From Auanema rhodensis (taxonomy: Eukaryota; Animalia; Nematoda), in the NCBI GenBank assembly GCA_964057225.1, contig CAXKVF010000081.1, positions 1 through 64,000 on the forward strand: DNA of 64,000 nt, read 5' to 3'. The notes below the pieces were generated by a model. It saw nothing but the letters and a program-made list of their open reading frames with translations. It did no database searches and was not told the DNA's origin. How positions within the stretch are numbered: the stretch's first letter is position 1; every line of letters begins with the position of its first letter. This document shows positions 1-12,700 of this stretch, one piece after another. Position numbers and translations under genes: made by a program.

Positions 1-61
1 ATTTGTTTTTAGACTAATATGGACATGGGGAATCTAATTTTGAAAACCGCATCTCTTTATC

Positions 62-78
62 TTTCACGTGAAGCGAGT
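62..78 (+). other. CENP-B-box-like 17-mer TTTCACGTGAAGCGAGT overlapping palindrome TTCACGTGAA (present in nearly every monomer)
   Basis: Matches 11/17 positions of YTTCGTTGGAARCGGGA and 7/9 core positions of NTTCGNNNNANNCGGGN, with mismatches at core G5 and G15. Function is unproven. Confidence 0.35.
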
Positions 79-94
79 TACATACCAAGTGCAC

Positions 95-102
95 ATCACG
101 TG
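95..102 (+). promoter_or_regulatory. E-box/CDEI-like motif ATCACGTG (second CACGTG of the monomer; first at 65-70)
   Basis: Exact match to RTCACRTG and the canonical bHLH-ZIP E-box CACGTG. The motif is seen directly; binding is only inferred. Confidence 0.3.
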
Positions 103-704
103 TACATTTAATTAGCATAAATTAAAGTTCACGTAAATTTCAAAGTCATGGTTACCATGCACCAATATCAATAAAAATTTGTTTTTAGACTAATATGGAC
201 ATGGGGAATCTAATTTTGAAAACCGCATCTCTTTATCTTTCACGTGAAGCGAGTTACATACCAAGTGCACATCACGTGTACATTTAATTAGCATAAATTA
301 AAGTTCACGTAAATTTCAAAGTCATGGTTAACATGAACCAATATCAATAAAAATTTGTTTTTAGACTAATATGGACATGGGGAATCTAATTTTGAAAACC
401 GCATCTTTTTATCTTTCACGTGAAGCGAGTTACATACCAAGTGCACATCACGTGTACATTTAATTAGCATAAATTAAAGTTCACGTAAATTTCAAAGTCA
501 TGGTTACCATGAACCAATATCAATAAAAATTTGTTTTTAGACTAATATGGACATGGGGAATCTAATTTTGAAAACCGCATCTCTTTATCTTTCACGTGAA
601 GCGAGTTACATGCCAAGTGCACATCACGTGTACATTTAATTAGCATAAATTAAAGTTCACGTAAATTTCAAAGTCATGGTTACCATGAACCAATATCAAT
701 AAAA

Positions 705-3700
705 ATTTGTTTTTAGACTAATATGGACATGGGGATTCTAATTTTGAAAATCGCATCTCTTTATCTTTCACGTGAAGCGAGTTACATACCAAGTGTACAT
801 CAAGTGTACATTTAATTAGCATAAATTAAAGTTCACGTAAATTTCAAAGTCATGGTTACCATGAACCAATATCAATAAAAATTTGTTTTTAGACTAATAT
901 GGACATGGGGAATCTAATTTTGAAAACCGCATCTCTTTATCTTTCACGTGAAGCGAGTTACATACCAAGTGCACATCACGTGTACATTTAATTAGCATAA
1001 ATTAAAGTTCACGTAAATTTCAAAGTCATGGTTACCATGCACCAATATCAATAAAAATTTGTTTTTAGACTAATATGGACATGGGGAATCTAATTTTGAA
1101 AACCGCATCTCTTTATCTTTCACGTGAAGCGAGTTACATACCAAGTGCACATCACGTGTACATTTAATTAGCATAAATTAAAGTTCACGTAAATTTCAAA
1201 GTCATGGTTACCATGAACCAATATCAATAAAAATTTGTTTTTAGACTAATATGGACATGGGGATTCTAATTTTGAAAATCGCATCTCTTTATCTTTCACG
1301 TGAAGCGAGTTACATACCAAGTGTACATCAAGTGTACATTTAATTAGCATAAATTAAAGTTCACGTAAATTTCAAAGTCATGGTTACCATGAACCAATAT
1401 CAATAAAAATTTGTTTTTAGACTAATATGGACATGGGGAATCTAATTTTGAAAACCGCATCTCTTTATCTTTCACGTGAAGCGAGTTACATACCAAGTGC
1501 ACATCACGTGTACATTTAATTAGCATAAATTAAAGTTCACGTAAATTTCAAAGTCATGGTTACCATGCACCAATATCAATAAAAATTTGTTTTTAGACTA
1601 ATATGGACATGGGGAATCTAATTTTGAAAACCGCATCTCTTTATCTTTCACGTGAAGCGAGTTACATACCAAGTGCACATCACGTGTACATTTAATTAGC
1701 ATAAATTAAAGTTCACGTAAATTTCAAAGTCATGGTTAACATGAACCAATATCAATAAAAATTTGTTTTTAGACTAATATGGACATGGGGAATCTAATTT
1801 TGAAAACCGCATCTTTTTATCTTTCACGTGAAGCGAGTTACATACCAAGTGCACATCACGTGTACATTTAATTAGCATAAATTAAAGTTCACGTAAATTT
1901 CAAAGTCATGGTTACCATGAACCAATATCAATAAAAATTTGTTTTTAGACTAATATGGACATGGGGAATCTAATTTTGAAAACCGCATCTCTTTATCTTT
2001 CACGTGAAGCGAGTTACATGCCAAGTGCACATCACGTGTACATTTAATTAGCATAAATTAAAGTTCACGTAAATTTCAAAGTCATGGTTACCATGAACCA
2101 ATATCAATAAAAATTTGTTTTTAGACTAATATGGACATGGGGATTCTAATTTTGAAAATCGCATCTCTTTATCTTTCACGTGAAGCGAGTTACATACCAA
2201 GTGTACATCAAGTGTACATTTAATTAGCATAAATTAAAGTTCACGTAAATTTCAAAGTCATGGTTACCATGAACCAATATCAATAAAAATTTGTTTTTAG
2301 ACTAATATGGACATGGGGAATCTAATTTTGAAAACCGCATCTCTTTATCTTTCACGTGAAGCGAGTTACATACCAAGTGCACATCACGTGTACATTTAAT
2401 TAGCATAAATTAAAGTTCACGTAAATTTCAAAGTCATGGTTACCATGCACCAATATCAATAAAAATTTGTTTTTAGACTAATATGGACATGGGGAATCTA
2501 ATTTTGAAAACCGCATCTCTTTATCTTTCACGTGAAGCGAGTTACATACCAAGTGCACATCACGTGTACATTTAATTAGCATAAATTAAAGTTCACGTAA
2601 ATTTCAAAGTCATGGTTAACATGAACCAATATCAATAAAAATTTGTTTTTAGACTAATATGGACATGGGGAATCTAATTTTGAAAACCGCATCTCTTTAT
2701 CTTTCACGTGAAGCGAGTTACATACCAAGTGCACATCACGTGTACATTTAATTAGCATAAATTAAAGTTCACGTAAATTTCAAAGTCATGGTTACCATGC
2801 ACCAATATCAATAAAAATTTGTTTTTAGACTAATATGGACATGGGGAATCTAATTTTGAAAACCGCATCTCTTTATCTTTCACGTGAAGCGAGTTACATA
2901 CCAAGTGCACATCACGTGTACATTTAATTAGCATAAATTAAAGTTCACGTAAATTTCAAAGTCATGGTTACCATGAACCAATATCAATAAAAATTTGTTT
3001 TTAGACTAATATGGACATGGGGAATCTAATTTTGAAAACCGCATCTCTTAATCTTTCACGTGAAGCGAGTTACATACCAAGTGCACATCACGTGTACATT
3101 TAATTAGCATAAATTAAAGTTCACGTAAATTTCAAAGTCATGGTTACCATGAACCAATATCAATAAAAATTTGTTTTTAGACTAATATGGACATGGGGAT
3201 TCTAATTTTGAAAATCGCATCTCTTTATCTTTCACGTGAAGCGAGTTACATACCAAGTGTACATCAAGTGTACATTTAATTAGCATAAATTAAAGTTGAC
3301 GTAAATTTCAAAGTCATGGTTACCATGAACCAATATCAATAAAAATTTGTTTTTAGACTAATATGGACATGGGGATTCTAATTTTGAAAATCGCATCTCT
3401 TTATCTTTCACGTGAAGCGAGTTACATACCAAGTGTACATCAAGTGTACATTTAATTAGCATAAATTAAAGTTCACGTAAATTTCAAAGTCATGGTTACC
3501 ATGAACCAATATCAATAAAAATTTGTTTTTAGACTAATATGGACATGGGGAATCTAATTTTGAAAACCGCATCTTTTTATCTTTCACGTGAAGCGAGTTA
3601 CATACCAAGTGCACATCACGTGTACATTTAATTAGCATAAATTAAAGTTCACGTAAATTTCAAAGTCATGGTTAACATGAACCAATATCAATAAAAATTT

Positions 3701-6700
3701 GTTTTTAGACTAATATGGACATGGGGAATCTAATTTTGAAAACCGCATCTTTTTATCTTTCACGTGAAGCGAGTTACATACCAAGTGCACATCACGTGTA
3801 CATTTAATTAGCATAAATTAAAGTTCACGTAAATTTCAAAGTCATGGTTACCATGAACCAATATCAATAAAAATTTGTTTTTAGACTAATATGGACATGG
3901 GGAATCTAATTTTGAAAACCGCATCTCTTTATCTTTCACGTGAAGCGAGTTACATGCCAAGTGCACATCACGTGTACATTTAATTAGCATAAATTAAAGT
4001 TCACGTAAATTTCAAAGTCATGGTTACCATGAACCAATATCAATAAAAATTTGTTTTTAGACTAATATGGACATGGGGATTCTAATTTTGAAAATCGCAT
4101 CTCTTTATCTTTCACGTGAAGCGAGTTACATACCAAGTGTACATCAAGTGTACATTTAATTAGCATAAATTAAAGTTCACGTAAATTTCAAAGTCATGGT
4201 TACCATGAACCAATATCAATAAAAATTTGTTTTTAGACTAATATGGACATGGGGAATCTAATTTTGAAAACCGCATCTCTTTATCTTTCACGTGAAGCGA
4301 GTTACATACCAAGTGCACATCACGTGTACATTTAATTAGCATAAATTAAAGTTCACGTAAATTTCAAAGTCATGGTTACCATGCACCAATATCAATAAAA
4401 ATTTGTTTTTAGACTAATATGGACATGGGGAATCTAATTTTGAAAACCGCATCTCTTTATCTTTCACGTGAAGCGAGTTACATACCAAGTGCACATCACG
4501 TGTACATTTAATTAGCATAAATTAAAGTTCACGTAAATTTCAAAGTCATGGTTAACATGAACCAATATCAATAAAAATTTGTTTTTAGACTAATATGGAC
4601 ATGGGGAATCTAATTTTGAAAACCGCATCTCTTTATCTTTCACGTGAAGCGAGTTACATACCAAGTGCACATCACGTGTACATTTAATTAGCATAAATTA
4701 AAGTTCACGTAAATTTCAAAGTCATGGTTACCATGCACCAATATCAATAAAAATTTGTTTTTAGACTAATATGGACATGGGGAATCTAATTTTGAAAACC
4801 GCATCTCTTTATCTTTCACGTGAAGCGAGTTACATACCAAGTGCACATCACGTGTACATTTAATTAGCATAAATTAAAGTTCACGTAAATTTCAAAGTCA
4901 TGGTTACCATGAACCAATATCAATAAAAATTTGTTTTTAGACTAATATGGACATGGGGAATCTAATTTTGAAAACCGCATCTCTTAATCTTTCACGTGAA
5001 GCGAGTTACATACCAAGTGCACATCACGTGTACATTTAATTAGCATAAATTAAAGTTCACGTAAATTTCAAAGTCATGGTTACCATGAACCAATATCAAT
5101 AAAAATTTGTTTTTAGACTAATATGGACATGGGGATTCTAATTTTGAAAATCGCATCTCTTTATCTTTCACGTGAAGCGAGTTACATACCAAGTGTACAT
5201 CAAGTGTACATTTAATTAGCATAAATTAAAGTTGACGTAAATTTCAAAGTCATGGTTACCATGAACCAATATCAATAAAAATTTGTTTTTAGACTAATAT
5301 GGACATGGGGATTCTAATTTTGAAAATCGCATCTCTTTATCTTTCACGTGAAGCGAGTTACATACCAAGTGTACATCAAGTGTACATTTAATTAGCATAA
5401 ATTAAAGTTCACGTAAATTTCAAAGTCATGGTTACCATGAACCAATATCAATAAAAATTTGTTTTTAGACTAATATGGACATGGGGAATCTAATTTTGAA
5501 AACCGTATCTCTTTATCTTTCACGTGAAGCGAGTTACATACCAAGTGCACATCACGTGTACATTTAATTAGCATAAATTAAAGTTCACGTAAATTTCAAA
5601 GTCATGGTTACCATGCACCAATATCAATAAAAATTTGTTTTTAGACTAATATGGACATGGGGATTCTAATTTTGAAAATCGCATCTCTTTATCTTTCACG
5701 TGAAGCGAGTTACATACCAAGTGTACATCAAGTGTACATTTAATTAGCATAAATTAAAGTTCACGTAAATTTCAAAGTCATGGTTACCATGAACCAATAT
5801 CAATAAAAATTTGTTTTTAGACTAATATGGACATGGGGAATCTAATTTTGAAAACCGCATCTCTTTATCTTTCACGTGAAGCGAGTTACATACCAAGTGC
5901 ACATCACGTGTACATTTAATTAGCATAAATTAAAGTTCACGTAAATTTCAAAGTCATGGTTACCATGCACCAATATCAATAAAAATTTGTTTTTAGACTA
6001 ATATGGACATGGGGAATCTAATTTTGAAAACCGCATCTCTTTATCTTTCACGTGAAGCGAGTTACATACCAAGTGCACATCACGTGTACATTTAATTAGC
6101 ATAAATTAAAGTTCACGTAAATTTCAAAGTCATGGTTAACATGAACCAATATCAATAAAAATTTGTTTTTAGACTAATATGGACATGGGGAATCTAATTT
6201 TGAAAACCGCATCTCTTTTTCTTTCACGTGAAGCGAGTTACATACCAAGTGCACATCACGTGTACATTTAATTAGCATAAATTAAAGTTCACGTAAATTT
6301 CAAAGTCATGGTTACCATGCACCAATATCAATAAAAATTTGTTTTTAGACTAATATGGACATGGGGAATCTAATTTTGAAAACCGCATCTCTTTATCTTT
6401 CACGTGAAGCGAGTTACATACCAAGTGCACATCACGTGTACATTTAATTAGCATAAATTAAAGTTCACGTAAATTTCAAAGTCATGGTTACCATGAACCA
6501 ATATCAATAAAAATTTGTTTTTAGACTAATATGGACATGGGGAATCTAATTTTGAAAACCGCATCTCTTAATTTTTCACGTGAAGCGAGTTACATACCAA
6601 GTGCACATCACGTGTACATTTAATTAGCATAAATTAAAGTTCACGTAAATTTCAAAGTCATGGTTACCATGAACCAATATCAATAAAAATTTGTTTTTAG

Positions 6701-9700
6701 ACTAATATGGACATGGGGATTCTAATTTTGAAAATCGCATCTCTTTATCTTTCACGTGAAGCGAGTTACATACCAAGTGTACATCAAGTGTACATTTAAT
6801 TAGCATAAATTAAAGTTCACGTAAATTTCAAAGTCATGGTTACCATGAACCAATATCAATAAAAATTTGTTTTTAGACTAATATGGACATGGGGATTCTA
6901 ATTTTGAAAATCGCATCTCTTTATCTTTCACGTGAAGCGAGTTACATACCAAGTGCACATCACGTGTACATTTAATTAGCATAAATTAAAGTTCACGTAA
7001 ATTTCAAAGTCATGGTTAACATGAACCAATATCAATAAAAATTTGTTTTTAGACTAATATGGACATGGGGAATCTAATTTTGAAAATCGCATCTCTTTAT
7101 CTTTCACGTGAAGCGAGTTACATACCAAGTGTACATCAAGTGTACATTTAATTAGCATAAATTAAAGTTCACGTAAATTTCAAAGTCATGGTTACCATGA
7201 ACCAATATCAATAAAAATTTGTTTTTAGACTAATATGGACATGGGGAATCTAATTTTGAAAACCGCATCTCTTTATCTTTCACGTGAAGCGAGTTACATA
7301 CCAAGTGCACATCACGTGTACATTTAATTAGCATAAATTAAAGTTCACGTAAATTTCAAAGTCATGGTTACCATGCACCAATATCAATAAAAATTTGTTT
7401 TTAGACTAATATGGACATGGGGAATCTAATTTTGAAAACCGCATCTCTTTATCTTTCACGTGAAGCGAGTTACATACCAAGTGCACATCACGTGTACATT
7501 TAATTAGCATAAATTAAAGTTCACGTAAATTTCAAAGTCATGGTTAACATGAACCAATATCAATAAAAATTTGTTTTTAGACTAATATGGACATGGGGAA
7601 TCTAATTTTGAAAACCGCATCTCTTTATCTTTCACGTGAAGCGAGTTACATACCAAGTGCACATCACGTGTACATTTAATTAGCATAAATTAAAGTTCAC
7701 GTAAATTTCAAAGTCATGGTTACCATGAACCAATATCAATAAAAATTTGTTTTTAGACTAATATGGACATGGGGAATCTAATTTTGAAAACCGCATCTCT
7801 TTTTCTTTCACGTGAAGCGAGTTACATACCAAGTGCACATCACGTGTACATTTAATTAGCATAAATTAAAGTTCACGTAAATTTCAAAGTCATGGTTACC
7901 ATGCACCAATATCAATAAAAATTTGTTTTTAGACTAATATGGACATGGGGAATCTAATTTTGAAAACCGCATCTCTTTATCTTTCACGTGAAGCGAGTTA
8001 CATACCAAGTGCACATCACGTGTACATTTAATTAGCATAAATTAAAGTACACGTAAATTTCAAAGTCATGGTTACCATGAACCAATATCAATAAAAATTT
8101 GTTTTTAGACTAATATGGACATGGGGAATCTAATTTTGAAAACCGCATCTCTTAATTTTTCACGTGAAGCGAGTTACATACCAAGTGCACATCACGTGTA
8201 CATTTAATTAGCATAAATTAAAGTTCACGTAAATTTCAAAGTCATGGTTACCATGAACCAATATCAATAAAAATTTGTTTTTAGACTAATATGGACATGG
8301 GGATTCTAATTTTGAAAATCGCATCTCTTTATCTTTCACGTGAAGCGAGTTACATACCAAGTGTACATCAAGTGTACATTTAATTAGCATAAATTAAAGT
8401 TCACGTAAATTTCAAAGTCATGGTTACCATGAACCAATATCAATAAAAATTTGTTTTTAGACTAATATGGACATGGGGATTCTAATTTTGAAAATCGCAT
8501 CTCTTTATCTTTCACGTGAAGCGAGTTACATACCAAGTGTACATCAAGTGTACATTTAATTAGCATAAATTAAAGTTCACGTAAATTTCAAAGTCATGGT
8601 TACCATGAACCAATATCAATAAAAATTTGTTTTTAGACTAATATGGACATGGGGAATCTAATTTTGAAAACCGCATCTCTTTATCTTTCACGTGAAGCGA
8701 GTTACATACCAAGTGCACATCACGTGTACATTTAATTAGCATAAATTAAAGTTCACGTAAATTTCAAAGTCATGGTTACCATGCACCAATATCAATAAAA
8801 ATTTGTTTTTAGACTAATATGGACATGGGGAATCTAATTTTGAAAACCGCATCTCTTTATCTTTCACGTGAAGCGAGTTACATACCAAGTGCACATCACG
8901 TGTACATTTAATTAGCATAAATTAAAGTTCACGTAAATTTCAAAGTCATGGTTAACATGAACCAATATCAATAAAAATTTGTTTTTAGACTAATATGGAC
9001 ATGGGGAATCTAATTTTGAAAACCGCATCTCTTTATCTTTCACGTGAAGCGAGTTACATACCAAGTGCACATCACGTGTACATTTAATTAGCATAAATTA
9101 AAGTTCACGTAAATTTCAAAGTCATGGTTACCATGAACCAATATCAATAAAAATTTGTTTTTAGACTAATATGGACATGGGGATTCTAATTTTGAAAATC
9201 GCATCTCTTTATCTTTCACGTGAAGCGAGTTACATACCAAGTGTACATCAAGTGTACATTTAATTAGCATAAATTAAAGTTCACGTAAATTTCAAAGTCA
9301 TGGTTACCATGAACCAATATCAATAAAAATTTGTTTTTAGACTAATATGGACATGGGGATTCTAATTTTGAAAATCGCATCTCTTTATCTTTCACGTGAA
9401 GCGAGTTACATACCAAGTGTACATCAAGTGTACATTTAATTAGCATAAATTAAAGTTCACGTAAATTTCAAAGTCATGGTTACCATGAACCAATATCAAT
9501 AAAAATTTGTTTTTAGACTAATATGGACATGGGGAATCTAATTTTGAAAACCGCATCTCTTTATCTTTCACGTGAAGCGAGTTACATACCAAGTGCACAT
9601 CACGTGTACATTTAATTAGCATAAATTAAAGTTCACGTAAATTTCAAAGTCATGGTTACCATGCACCAATATCAATAAAAATTTGTTTTTAGACTAATAT

Positions 9701-12700
9701 GGACATGGGGAATCTAATTTTGAAAACCGCATCTCTTTATCTTTCACGTGAAGCGAGTTACATACCAAGTGCACATCACGTGTACATTTAATTAGCATAA
9801 ATTAAAGTTCACGTAAATTTCAAAGTCATGGTTAACATGAACCAATATCAATAAAAATTTGTTTTTAGACTAATATGGACATGGGGAATCTAATTTTGAA
9901 AACCGCATCTCTTTATCTTTCACGTGAAGCGAGTTACATACCAAGTGCACATCACGTGTACATTTAATTAGCATAAATTAAAGTTCACGTAAATTTCAAA
10001 GTCATGGTTACCATGCACCAATATCAATAAAAATTTATTTTTAGACTAATATGGACATGGGGAATCTAATTTTGAAAACCGCATCTCTTTATCTTTCACG
10101 TGAAGCGAGTTACATACCAAGTGCACATCACGTGTACATTTAATTAGCATAAATTAAAGTTCACGTAAATTTCAAAGTCATGGTTACCATGCACCAATAT
10201 CAATAAAAATTTGTTTTTAGACTAATATGGACATGGGGAATCTAATTTTGAAAACCGCATCTCTTTATCTTTCACGTGAAGCGAGTTACATACCAAGTGC
10301 ACATCACGTGTACATTTAATTAGCATAAATTAAAGTTCACGTAAATTTCAAAGTCATGGTTAACATGAACCAATATCAATAAAAATTTGTTTTTAGACTA
10401 ATATGGACATGGGGAATCTAATTTTGAAAACCGCATCTCTTAATCTTTCACGTGAAGCGAGTTACATACCAAGTGCACATCACGTGTACATTTAATTAGC
10501 ATAAATTAAAGTTCACGTAAATTTCAAAGTCATGGTTACCATGAACCAATATCAATAAAAATTTGTTTTTAGACTAATATGGACATGGGGATTCTAATTT
10601 TGAAAATCGCATCTCTTTATCTTTCACGTGAAGCGAGTTACATACCAAGTGTACATCAAGTGTACATTTAATTAGCATAAATTAAAGTTCACGTAAATTT
10701 CAAAGTCATGGTTACCATGAACCAATATCAATAAAAATTTGTTTTTAGACTAATATGGACATGGGGATTCTAATTTTGAAAATCGCATCTCTTTATCTTT
10801 CACGTGAAGCGAGTTACATACCAAGTGTACATCAAGTGTACATTTAATTAGCATAAATTAAAGTTCACGTAAATTTCAAAGTCATGGTTACCATGAACCA
10901 ATATCAATAAAAATTTGTTTTTAGACTAATATGGACATGGGGAATCTAATTTTGAAAACCGCATCTCTTTATCTTTCACGTGAAGCGAGTTACATACCAA
11001 GTGCACATCACGTGTACATTTAATTAGCATAAATTAAAGTTCACGTAAATTTCAAAGTCATGGTTACCATGCACCAATATCAATAAAAATTTGTTTTTAG
11101 ACTAATATGGACATGGGGAATCTAATTTTGAAAACCGCATCTCTTTATCTTTCACGTGAAGCGAGTTACATACCAAGTGCACATCACGTGTACATTTAAT
11201 TAGCATAAATTAAAGTTCACGTAAATTTCAAAGTCATGGTTAACATGAACCAATATCAATAAAAATTTGTTTTTAGACTAATATGGACATGGGAAATCTA
11301 ATTTTGAAAACCGCATCTCTTTATCTTTCACGTGAAGCGAGTTACATACCAAGTGCACATCACGTGTACATTTAATTAGCATAAATTAAAGTTCACGTAA
11401 ATTTCAAAGTCATGGTTACCATGCACCAATATCAATAAAAATTTGTTTTTAGACTAATATGGACATGGGGAATCTAATTTTGAAAACCGCATCTCTTTAT
11501 CTTTCACGTGAAGCGAGTTACATACCAAGTGCACATCACGTGTACATTTAATTAGCATAAATTAAAGTTCACGTAAATTTCAAAGTCATGGTTACCATGA
11601 ACCAATATCAATAAAAATTTGTTTTTAGACTAATATGGACATGGGGAATCTAATTTTGAAAACCGCATCTCTTTATCTTTCACGTGAAGCGAGTTACATA
11701 CCAAGTGCACATCACGTGTACATTTAATTAGCATAAATTAAAGTTCACGTAAATTTCAAAGTCATGGTTACCATGCACCAATATCAATAAAAATTTGTTT
11801 TTAGACTAATATGGACATGGGGATTCTAATTTTGAAAATCGCATCTCTTTATCTTTCACGTGAAGCGAGTTACATATTAAGTGTACATCAAGTGTACATT
11901 TAATTAGCATAAATTAAAGTTCACGTAAATTTCAAAGTCATGGTTACCATGCACCAATATCAATAAAAATTTGTTTTTAGACTAATATGTACATGGGGAA
12001 TCTAATTTTGAAAACCGCATCTCTTTATCTTTCACGTGAAGCGAGTTACATACCAAGTGCACATCACGTGTACATTTAATTAGCATAAATTAAAGTTCAC
12101 GTAAATTTCAAAGTCATGGTTACCATGCACCAATATCAATAAAAATTTGTTTTTAGACTAATATGGACATGGGGAATCTAATTTTGAAAACCGCATCTCT
12201 TTATCTTTCACGTGAAGCGAGTTACATACCAAGTGCACATCACGTGTACATTTAATTAGCATAAATTAAAGTTCACGTAAATTTCAAAGTCATGGTTACC
12301 ATGAACCAATATCAATAAAAATTTGTTTTTAGACTAATATGGACATGGGGAATCTAATTTTGAAAACCGCATCTCTTTATCTTTCACGTGAAGCGAGTTA
12401 CATACCAAGTGCACATCACGTGTACATTTAATTAGCATAAATTAAAGTTCACGTAAATTTCAAAGTCATGGTTACCATGCACCAATATCAATAAAAATTT
12501 GTTTTTAGACTAATATGGACATGGGGAATCTAATTTTGAAAACCGCATCTCTTTATCTTTCACGTGAAGCGAGTTACATGCCAAGTGCACATCACGTGTA
12601 CATTTAATTAGCATAAATTAAAGTTCACGTAAATTTCAAAGTCATGGTTACCATGAACCAATATCAATAAAAATTTGTTTTTAGACTAATATGGACATGG

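Larger units (their letters stand above)
1..176 (+). repeat. Representative consensus monomer (176 bp, 57 G+C = ~32% GC, 5 CpG)
   Basis: Bases 1-176 equal the most common monomer type (C160 form). The monomer phase is arbitrary, set by the window start. Confidence 0.97.

Noticed and set aside
39-144. MITE or transposon with terminal inverted repeats (TTTGAAA/TTTCAAA)
   Set aside because: The inverted repeat is only 7 bp of AT-rich sequence, with no target-site duplication and no dispersed context in the window.
170-175. AATAAA polyadenylation signal and CCAAT box (162-166) in each monomer
   Set aside because: Short motifs like these are expected by chance in AT-rich DNA, and there is no gene context or transcript evidence.
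1-176. Tandem RNA gene cluster (5S rRNA, tRNA, snRNA, spliced leader)
   Set aside because: I see no recognisable 5S, tRNA or snRNA sequence, cloverleaf or Pol III A/B/C boxes in this 32% GC unit. An Rfam/Infernal search would be the definitive test.
1-176. Assignment to known similar-length satellites (alpha satellite, Arabidopsis CEN180, Brassica CentBr, honeybee AluI repeat)
   Set aside because: Only the length is similar. The consensus lacks AAGCTT/AGCT sites and I recognise no sequence similarity, so no organism or family is claimed without a database search.
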